Position numbers and translations under genes: made by a program. The notes under the pieces were generated by a model, which had not been told where the DNA came from, made no database searches, and saw only the letters and a list, made by a program, of their open reading frames with translations. This document shows, piece after piece, positions 18,830 to 26,742 of a DNA stretch of 52,924 nucleotides. This DNA comes from Candidatus Heimdallarchaeota archaeon (GTDB lineage: Archaea; Asgardarchaeota; Heimdallarchaeia; Heimdallarchaeales; Kariarchaeaceae), in the NCBI GenBank assembly GCA_027077875.1, contig JALWRB010000313.1:1-52924 (forward strand), given 5' to 3'. Numbering within the stretch: position 1 is the stretch's first letter; every line of letters starts with the position of its first letter.

Positions 18830-19588
18830 TTGAAACTAAGTAAAATACGACTACAATTACTATTTTTAGTAATCATGACAACCCTCGTTGCAAGTTCGCT
18901 TCACAGTGCTTCGGCAGCAGCAACTTACACAATATACGAGAATGAGACTCTCATAAATCTGGGACCCAGCAGTTATGGGAGAAAATCGACCACTGGAGCC
19001 ATGCAGGTGACTGCATTCGGACCTGTCAACGTAAAAGTTGACGCACTCGATGTCGATTTCGCGAATTATGTCGGTGTATATCTTGACGGAACCCTCAAAG
19101 GTTACCTTGATGTCGCACCCGATATCAGACATATAACTACCATCTCACTAGGGTGGATGTCAGGAACTCATACAATTGAGGTCAAGTACGTCTCCGGCAC
19201 TGGTGATTGGGTGGACATATACAGCGTAGATCTGGAACAGACGGACTCGATCCAGAGATACTCAGACACAACCACACATTATTTCAGATACTCATATTCA
19301 CAGACATCTGTCTCCTCGTTCACATCAAATGACAACATAATCGTTGTTTCGATCAGGCTTGTAGACATCGACTTCGCTAACAACCTGTGGGTAAAAGTTG
19401 ATGGTGTAAAGAAAGTCGTCCAACCAGTTGTTGATGGTGTTAATGTCCTGAACGGGTATTGGACTATTCCCGTGACGTACTCGGTATCAGCAGGGTCCCA
19501 CACCATACAGGTCGGTGTTGACAACACCGGAGATTGGATAAACGTCTATTCGATCAAAGTGTTCGAACAGGACCTGATAATTCAGTAA
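18830..19588 (+). CDS. Secreted protein with two tandem beta-sandwich (CBM6/CBM35-like) modules and no membrane anchor
   Basis: Signal peptide ending ASA-A. Internal repeat DVDFANYVGVYLDG...GTHTIEV...TGDWVDIYS vs DIDFANNLWVKVDG...GSHTIQV...TGDWINVYS. TTG start with a strong SD. Confidence 0.7.
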   Translation: MKLSKIRLQLLFLVIMTTLVASSLHSASAAATYTIYENETLINLGPSSYGRKSTTGAMQVTAFGPVNVKVDALDVDFANYVGVYLDGTLKGYLDVAPDIRHITTISLGWMSGTHTIEVKYVSGTGDWVDIYSVDLEQTDSIQRYSDTTTHYFRYSYSQTSVSSFTSNDNIIVVSIRLVDIDFANNLWVKVDGVKKVVQPVVDGVNVLNGYWTIPVTYSVSAGSHTIQVGVDNTGDWINVYSIKVFEQDLIIQ

Positions 19589-19776
19589 CTGTAAAGGGCC
19601 CTACACTCGATCTAACGACCAATTAAATTCCGTATAAGACCCAAGTGAAATAAAAATCCTTCTTAAATAAACATTTTGAACTCAGTGAATGAGGAGTTAA
19701 TCACGACAGTATCACTGAATCTCCTCAGACAGGGGGGAATAGTAGCAGATTTAAGAGGAGATGAATAAGACAGGAT

Positions 19777-20844
19777 GTGCTAACTCCAGATCGACCTGAG
19801 ATCATTACATCGGAGATCGAGGTAGTTGGTTACACACAGCAGATGAACCCGAGAGATGCGGCAAAACTGCTCATAGCAGGCAATCTTGTCCTCATCGAGG
19901 ACTACTTTCGCAGCGGTCTCCGAGTTCTCAACCAACTGAAGAAGATCCTGAAGAAAAGGGTGGGAGATACGTTCAGCGATCAGCGTAAGTTTCGCAAGGA
20001 GTACAGGGAGGCCTCTCACAAACTGCTTCTCAGAATCTCAAATCACAGAATTGATGCCAAGAATTCACCGAGAATCGGTTGGTTGGAGATCCTCTATCCC
20101 ACTGTTCCCAATTTTCTGATCTCATTCCCGAGCTTGCAGGGCCTCAATAGCTCTTGGCAGTGGTACAAGAAAGGGATCTATATCGAGGTTTTGCGGAGGA
20201 AGATCCACCCCTACTATGGGACGTACTTCCCCACCAGATTCGACCACTTAGAGCTCTTCAAGGATTGGTTGTCGGAGTATCAGGGCATCAAGTCAAGTGC
20301 GGTTGATGTAGGTGTGGGTAGTGGGGTTCTCTCTTACCTCTTGCTGGATTCTGGTTTTACGAGAGTTTTTGCAACAGACATCAATCCAAATGCAATCATC
20401 GGAGTGGATCAGGAGAGCAAGCGTTTAGGGTGGGATGATAGGTTGGAATTACGATTTGGAGACCTTTTTGCAGATCTCAGTGCCCGTGTGGACCTAGTCG
20501 TCTTCAACCCTCCTTGGATGCCCGCTACACACGAACTCTCATCGGGAATTGACCGAGCAATTTACTATGAGAGGGACCTCTTCCGAAGGTTCTTTGAACA
20601 GGTTTCTGACTACTTACTTCCAGAAGGTAGAATTGCCCTCCTATTCTCGAACCTGTCACAGGTTGTGGAAGAATCTGATAACCCGATCTGGAAGGAACTC
20701 ACTGAAAGCAACAAATTCTACGTTGAAGATAGATTGGAAAAGAGTGTGAAACCCTCCTCAAAGAGGACTCGGAGGAGGGACTGGAGAAAAGACGAACGGG
20801 TGGAACTTTGGATTATTAAACCCAGAGAAGAACCAGTTGTTTAG
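19777..20844 (+). CDS. Class I SAM-dependent methyltransferase (HemK/MTS-like)
   Basis: Motif I AVDVGVGSG, ATDINPNA, GDLF and motif IV VFNPPW. Confidence 0.85.
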   Translation: MLTPDRPEIITSEIEVVGYTQQMNPRDAAKLLIAGNLVLIEDYFRSGLRVLNQLKKILKKRVGDTFSDQRKFRKEYREASHKLLLRISNHRIDAKNSPRIGWLEILYPTVPNFLISFPSLQGLNSSWQWYKKGIYIEVLRRKIHPYYGTYFPTRFDHLELFKDWLSEYQGIKSSAVDVGVGSGVLSYLLLDSGFTRVFATDINPNAIIGVDQESKRLGWDDRLELRFGDLFADLSARVDLVVFNPPWMPATHELSSGIDRAIYYERDLFRRFFEQVSDYLLPEGRIALLFSNLSQVVEESDNPIWKELTESNKFYVEDRLEKSVKPSSKRTRRRDWRKDERVELWIIKPREEPVV

Positions 20845-22730
20845 TCCTCTATGGTGCTCAAATCACCAGGGTCTTCTCCCAATGCTTGGGCCTTGAGTAC
20901 TCTTCTCATGATCTTACCGCTCCTAGTCTTGGGCAGGGAGTCCACAAATTCTACGTGTTCGGGCACACCTATCGGTCCCAGTTCGTGCCTGACATGTTTC
21001 TGGATTTCGGAGGCAAGCGCGGGTGATGGTTCAGCTCCCTCGGTGAGTATGCAGTACGCGTGAATCGCATTCCCCTTGATGTCGTGGGGAAGGGCAATAA
21101 CAGCGGCCTCGGCCACCACAGGGAAACTGACAAGAGCACTCTCAACCTCTGCTGTACCCAGTCTGTATCCTGACACTTTGATAACGTCATCGATCCTTGC
21201 GATAATCCAGAAGTATCCGTCCGTGTCCCGCCTTGCGGAATCTCCCGCCTTGTACCATTTCTGCTCGAGGTAGTCGGACCAGTATACCTGCTTGTACCTC
21301 TCGTCATCTCCGTAGATGGTTCTGGCCATACCTGGCCATGGCTTCTTGATTACGAGAATGCCTTCCTCCCCGTCCTCGACTCTGTTCCCCTTCTCGTCCA
21401 CGACCTCGGCAGATATGCCAAACAGGGGTTTAGTGGCACTTCCCGGCTTGAGTGGAGTAATCGGGTATGGGCTGATCATGAATCCTCCGGTCTCGGTCTG
21501 CCACCATGTGTCCATGATCGGGCACCTTTCTCCTCCAACACATTTGTAGAACCACTCCCATGCGGCAGGGTTTATTGGCTCACCCACACTCCCGAGGAGC
21601 CTCAAGGAACTGAGGTTATGCCTGTTGACCCACGAGTCTCCGAATCTCATAAGTCCACGAATTGCAGTAGGTGAGGTATAGAGGATATTTACCCCATACT
21701 TCTCAACCATTTTCCAAACCCTATTGGGATAAGGATAGTTAGGAGCTCCTTCGTAGAGAATTGTGGTTGTACCATTGATCAGAGGGGCATAGACGATGAA
21801 TGAATGACCCGTGATCCAGCCAGGGTCTGCAAGACACCACCACCTATCAGTGTCTTTGATATCGAAAACCGTTTTGTGTACGAATGAGGTGTAAAGTGCG
21901 TACCCTCCATGCGTGTGCTTCACTCCCTTTGGCTTTCCAGTAGTTCCTGATGTGTAGAGGATGAACAGCATGTCCTCGGAGTCCATCACCTCGGTCTTGC
22001 AGGGTCCATCTGCGATAGGAAGTGCTTTGAGGTCATGGAACCAGAAGTCCCTCTCGGCCTCCATGATCACCTCATGACCTGTCCTTCTGACTACGATGCA
22101 CCTCTCGATGGTTGGAGAACGCTGCATGGCTTCATTAGCGATCTCTTTCAGATCCACGACCTTCCCCCTCCTGAATCCACCATCTGCTGTGATCAGCAGT
22201 TTGCTCTCTGCATCCTCAATCCGGTCAGCCAGTGCGGTGGAGCTGAACCCTGCATACACTACCGAATGAGCGGCGCCTATCTTTGCACATGCCAACATCG
22301 CGAAGATCAGTTCTGGGATTTGGGGCATATAAATCGTCACGATGTCGCCCTTCTTCACTCCCATTGCCTTGAGAATGTTCCCAAATGCAGAAACTTCCCG
22401 ATTTAATCTGTGGTAGGAATAGTACATGACATCTCCGTTCTCACCTTCCCATATGTAGGCGATCTTATTCCTCCTCTCGGTCGTCAGGTGGCGGTCAATC
22501 GCATTGTGGATTATGTTGATCTTCCCGTTCACAAACCACTTATAGTAAGGATGGTTGGAGTCATCAAGTACCTTGTCCCACTTCTGGAACCACTCCAAGT
22601 TCTCTGCTTGTTCTGCCCAGAAACCCTCTGGATCCTCGATGGATCGCTTGTACGTCTCTTCGTAGTCTTTCACATTTGCATTATTGACGATGTCCTCACT
22701 TGGAGGATATATCTTCTCTTTATCCGACAT
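20841..22730 (-). CDS. acs: AMP-forming acetyl-CoA synthetase
   Basis: YTSGTTGKPKG, DTWWQTETGG, RIDDVIKVSGYRLGTAEVESA and PKTRSGKIMRR motifs. Confidence 0.95.
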   Translation of the reverse strand: MSDKEKIYPPSEDIVNNANVKDYEETYKRSIEDPEGFWAEQAENLEWFQKWDKVLDDSNHPYYKWFVNGKINIIHNAIDRHLTTERRNKIAYIWEGENGDVMYYSYHRLNREVSAFGNILKAMGVKKGDIVTIYMPQIPELIFAMLACAKIGAAHSVVYAGFSSTALADRIEDAESKLLITADGGFRRGKVVDLKEIANEAMQRSPTIERCIVVRRTGHEVIMEAERDFWFHDLKALPIADGPCKTEVMDSEDMLFILYTSGTTGKPKGVKHTHGGYALYTSFVHKTVFDIKDTDRWWCLADPGWITGHSFIVYAPLINGTTTILYEGAPNYPYPNRVWKMVEKYGVNILYTSPTAIRGLMRFGDSWVNRHNLSSLRLLGSVGEPINPAAWEWFYKCVGGERCPIMDTWWQTETGGFMISPYPITPLKPGSATKPLFGISAEVVDEKGNRVEDGEEGILVIKKPWPGMARTIYGDDERYKQVYWSDYLEQKWYKAGDSARRDTDGYFWIIARIDDVIKVSGYRLGTAEVESALVSFPVVAEAAVIALPHDIKGNAIHAYCILTEGAEPSPALASEIQKHVRHELGPIGVPEHVEFVDSLPKTRSGKIMRRVLKAQALGEDPGDLSTIED

Positions 22731-22847
22731 TATTGTCTCACTGCCTACGATCAGTTGATAGGGGGTACTTCAAGCTTTCTTGAAAAAATAGTTCGAATTG
22801 ACCACTTTATTATAGCAACAGCGAGCAATTATCCTTGTACCGAGGTG

Positions 22848-23519
22848 TCAGAAGGAGGGGCGTATCCGCTCTTTCATCCCGCTCATCATCATCCTCATTT
22901 TGGAGAACATATTCTTCTTCCTGTAGGACAAGATCGTCTCCTTGATTCTACTTCCAATGCTCTTCTCTTTGGACTCGATGACGGCGATACGAAGAGGGCA
23001 GTTCTCACCTAAGATACATACATGACTGCCCTTGTTCCCCGACATCCATGGGCTTATAGCGTTTTTGAGAAGGTCCCTTTCGAATTCCTCGAATTCCTCC
23101 TTGGTTATGCTGTCCCATTTCATACCCAAGTACTTATTGTCGAGTAGCTCCTCTACAATATTGAAGAGCTCCTGGATCAGAGGTGTATTCTCACCCATGA
23201 CAAACCCATCTACCGGGAAGCCAGCAACGATGTAGTAGTCTCGGTGTTTTACATAGAAGAAGTATAGTTTCGTGTCACCCATAGACATAGAAATAAGATC
23301 CCCTGACTTGCTGAAGTGGAGGTTGACATCCTCCCCCTCAACCTGAATTTTGTCAAAATCTGCGTTCTCTGAAACCTTTCCAATAGTCGTCAAGGCCGAG
23401 AGAAAACCTGAGAGAAGGACATCATCCCTCATCAGATTGCTGCAGAAATGTCCGAAGCACCTGCTGTAGATTGGTATTCCATAGGATTTGAAGATAATGA
23501 GATATTCCAAGTCTGACAT
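22848..23519 (-). CDS. Longin-like domain protein with C-terminal extension
   Basis: LIIFKSYGIPIYSR.F......DDVLLSGFLSAL..I...I..MSMGDTKLYF matches the archaeal/Asgard longin pattern (G.PIY; D..L.SGF.SA). Confidence 0.7.
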   Translation of the reverse strand: MSDLEYLIIFKSYGIPIYSRCFGHFCSNLMRDDVLLSGFLSALTTIGKVSENADFDKIQVEGEDVNLHFSKSGDLISMSMGDTKLYFFYVKHRDYYIVAGFPVDGFVMGENTPLIQELFNIVEELLDNKYLGMKWDSITKEEFEEFERDLLKNAISPWMSGNKGSHVCILGENCPLRIAVIESKEKSIGSRIKETILSYRKKNMFSKMRMMMSGMKERIRPSF

Positions 23520-23577
23520 TGGATATAATCAATGATTTAAACAATATTAAGGGCTAAGTATGAAAAATCCTACAATC

Positions 23578-25494
23578 CTAGTGACCTATCCCTTTCCTTT
23601 TTTTCCGAATTACCATAGTCAGTACCGAGCTCGTAATGAATGCACCAACCATCCACACGAAGTTTAATGGTAAGGTAGACGTCACAGTCGTGGATGAGTT
23701 TGAACTCGAGGGAAGAGTCGAGGTCACTGTCGTGGTTGAGACGGAGGTGACTGTAGTTGTGCTCGGCGGATTGCTTACCTCGGACTGATTGTACTCCAAG
23801 AACCCTATCGGCCGTAGAGAATTTGTATTTGCGGTGACATTAATATAAGCATCCCTCTCCAGATCTGCTTCTATAAGCTCGTAGTATCCTATCCTCGCTG
23901 GATCCTCGACAGTTGTGTACTGCTTGGCCGTGACACCATTGTCTACCCAGACCGTCACGTTGGCACCTGAGATTGGGTTCCCGTATTCATCCGTCACGAG
24001 GTAGGTCAGGTTCATCTTGTTGTCAGGTTCTATGAACGTCTGCTCTACAAGATCGACATCAGTCTCAGGGAGGATATACGGAACTGGTGTCGGTGCAGGG
24101 ATAAATATTGGGATGAACACAGGTATGAATACGGGGATGATCCAAATCCAGATCGGGAGGATAATCACCCACTTGACTGTCACTCGAATATTTATGATGA
24201 AGATATTTATTGTAATGCTGATATCGATCACAACCGTCACGTCGATGAACCAGATGAAGATCTCTATAATCGTGATCTCTAGAACCTCAATCAGGATCAC
24301 AAGATATGTAAGGTAGACCTCGATCTTGACGAGCTCGTAGACAATTACCACCATAACTAGCTCTACAACTTGGAGATAAATTATCACGGTGATGCTCTCG
24401 ATCACGATGTGGATCTGGAACGTCTCGTAGTAGATGACGATAGGGATGTAATAACCAGTGAAGGTGTAATAATTGATGACCATCTTATCTACGAAGAGGG
24501 TAACTGAGAAGGTCTCGAAGAGGTACTCCACAGAGGATGATGTGATGACCACATCGACAAATTCGAAGAGTTTGGTGGGGTTGTCGAATATGGCCGCAGG
24601 GTACCGTTCAGCAACCGGTGGTGCTCCTGGTTCAACACCCGTACCGTTTGTGTATCCCGAAGAGATGTTGTTATAGTTGAAGAAGGAACCAAATCCTTTG
24701 CCACCATCTGTTGCACCTTGCATCTGGTGACTCTGCGTATCCCCACCCTCAAATATATCTGTGAAGACATCGAAGAAGGAATCTGGGGATGCAGATGATG
24801 AAGTCTGTGTCAAGATAGTGTCGGTCTTGGTATAGCCAGCACCAGTGTCAGTCAGAACAGCCTTGAATGGTCCAAATGGTCTTGCAAGATCCGGGAAGTA
24901 ATTAAATGAGAACATGGTATCGTTGCCTTCTGATGTACTGCCAACTGATAGCTCCCCAGAACCACCCGTTTGATTCCATGCGTAGAGGAAGTTGAAGTAG
25001 AACGATCCATTTGTGTTGCTATACCCACTAAGGCTAGTTGCAGATATATCGGTGGGGTCCTCAGAGAGGAGTGACAGCTGTACGAGTTCAATGGGAATCT
25101 CACCTGTTGCCGAATTCACCTCCTGTACTGTGATCCTTGTCACTGAGTCTGTTATTGGAAGAAATTCAGACGGAAGTGTGACCATCGGTACCTGACTCTC
25201 GATAATGAACCTTGTGAACATCACCCCGGTAGCATTCTCGTAAATCTCCATGGTAGTCACATCCTCTGATGCGTTAATGACCATCATTGAGTTGTCAGAG
25301 AACTGCAGTGTAGTCAAATTTCCATCCACCGTCACATCAACATAGGTCCCATTCCCCAAGTTAGTTCGTGTGGTAGTGTTGGAATTCATCAATGGATCCT
25401 CAGGTGGCGTGAGAAGGGATCCTGACATCCCTGAGGTTGCCATAATAATCGCTAACGATATCGCGAATACTCTCAATTTGACCAATGAATTCAT
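23578..25494 (-). CDS. Secreted, C-terminally anchored surface protein with a ~120-aa Ile/Val-rich beta-like segment
   Basis: N-terminal signal peptide. Residues ~350-466 are about half Ile+Val with no Gly or Ala, ending in (PVFI)n. Then an Ig-like domain, S/T linker, TLPLN, TM and RKKRK. Confidence 0.8.
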   Translation of the reverse strand: MNSLVKLRVFAISLAIIMATSGMSGSLLTPPEDPLMNSNTTTRTNLGNGTYVDVTVDGNLTTLQFSDNSMMVINASEDVTTMEIYENATGVMFTRFIIESQVPMVTLPSEFLPITDSVTRITVQEVNSATGEIPIELVQLSLLSEDPTDISATSLSGYSNTNGSFYFNFLYAWNQTGGSGELSVGSTSEGNDTMFSFNYFPDLARPFGPFKAVLTDTGAGYTKTDTILTQTSSSASPDSFFDVFTDIFEGGDTQSHQMQGATDGGKGFGSFFNYNNISSGYTNGTGVEPGAPPVAERYPAAIFDNPTKLFEFVDVVITSSSVEYLFETFSVTLFVDKMVINYYTFTGYYIPIVIYYETFQIHIVIESITVIIYLQVVELVMVVIVYELVKIEVYLTYLVILIEVLEITIIEIFIWFIDVTVVIDISITINIFIINIRVTVKWVIILPIWIWIIPVFIPVFIPIFIPAPTPVPYILPETDVDLVEQTFIEPDNKMNLTYLVTDEYGNPISGANVTVWVDNGVTAKQYTTVEDPARIGYYELIEADLERDAYINVTANTNSLRPIGFLEYNQSEVSNPPSTTTVTSVSTTTVTSTLPSSSNSSTTVTSTLPLNFVWMVGAFITSSVLTMVIRKKRKGIGH

Positions 25495-25777
25495 GAATTA
25501 AGCAAAACGCCTTTGCTATATAAACTATTGTCGATTTCTTACGATATTTTCCACAGCATATTGGGAGAAAAATGAAAGAATCGACACTGTTTGACAATTC
25601 TCCAACTAGATTCCGAGGATGTTGAATTTACGCGTGGTGCTTGAGTAATTGTTCTCGATTAGTAGATTTATTCTTATCCCATTTCCTAGCAAGGTTCCAC
25701 CGATTGTTTTTATACCCTTAATTCGGGTAGGGACTGTGGCAATCGGTAACTCGGGGACTCGGGGAACTGGAAGAGCG

Positions 25778-26572
25778 ATGTATATCTCTGCTGAAGAACT
25801 CAGATCGAGACTGGGAGAGGAAAACCTAGTGATTGTAGACTGTTTCTACAATTGGCACGAGTATCGGAGGGGCCATATACCTACTGCAATAAAACGCCTA
25901 GGACATCCATATGTCAAATCTGGCTCAGACGAGGAGCCAGGACTCTACTATCCTGAAAACTTCCCAGAATTGGTGGAGGAGATGGGGATATCATCAGATA
26001 CACTTGTCATTGCGTATGACAGTGACGGCTCCCTATTTGCCGCGAGATTTCTTTGGGCTCTTCTCCTCCATGGACACGAAAATGTCAAGCTACTGGATGG
26101 AGGTTGGCAGGATTGGATTGCCAAGGGATACCCTGTAAGCGTTGAGATTTTCGAACCATTACGTCGTGGAAGATTTTCAAGCTCATACAATCCAGAGTTG
26201 GTCGTAACTAGGGATCAGATTAAACCTGGCGAGATGACACTTCTTGACGTTCGGAGTTGGGAGGAATATACAGGACAGGACGATCGGGGAAACAAAAGGG
26301 GGGGTAGGATTCCCACCTCAGTACACATGGAATGGAGAGACTTCTTAACAAGTAGAAATACGTCCGAGGAAGTAGCACATATCAAGCCCCTTATTGAAAT
26401 CCAAGAGAGACTTTCGGAGATTAGCAGTGACAAGCCAATCGTCACTTACTGCCAGGGTGGAGTTCGGGCTGCACTGGTCGCCTACATTCTCCATAGCATG
26501 GGTTACAACTCTTCTGTCTATGACGGTTCAATGAAAGAGTGGGCAAATGACGACAGCCTACCCATGGAATAG
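25778..26572 (+). CDS. Two-domain sulfurtransferase (rhodanese/3-mercaptopyruvate type)
   Basis: YRRGHIPTA, KLLDGGWQDW, LDVRSWEEYTG, GRIPTS, active loop YCQGGVRA and YDGSMKEW. Start reassigned to ATG 25778 (MYISAEEL). Confidence 0.92.
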   Translation: MYISAEELRSRLGEENLVIVDCFYNWHEYRRGHIPTAIKRLGHPYVKSGSDEEPGLYYPENFPELVEEMGISSDTLVIAYDSDGSLFAARFLWALLLHGHENVKLLDGGWQDWIAKGYPVSVEIFEPLRRGRFSSSYNPELVVTRDQIKPGEMTLLDVRSWEEYTGQDDRGNKRGGRIPTSVHMEWRDFLTSRNTSEEVAHIKPLIEIQERLSEISSDKPIVTYCQGGVRAALVAYILHSMGYNSSVYDGSMKEWANDDSLPME

Positions 26573-26742
26573 AAACTTGAGAATGGATTAGGTGTTGAAC
26601 CTGCATCATAATAGTTACTCCTGACCCAACAACTCTTGTCTCAATATTATTTTCCCTTGAAATTATAAGGGAGTTGATTTAAGACCAACTGGATTCGAGG
26701 TGGGGAAGAACTTCGACCACCGTATATATGAGATTCACAACA

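Noticed and set aside
22410-23012. 200-aa plus-strand ORF
   Set aside because: Antisense shadow of acs and the longin-like gene, with no recognisable motif.
25749-25764. Tandem ACTCGGGG x2 upstream of the sulfurtransferase
   Set aside because: Only two 8-bp copies, and could be chance or a slippage duplication.
26590-26730. tRNA T-arm-like GGTTCAAC on the minus strand and nearby hairpins
   Set aside because: No cloverleaf can be built. The hairpins are more likely features of a convergent 3' region.
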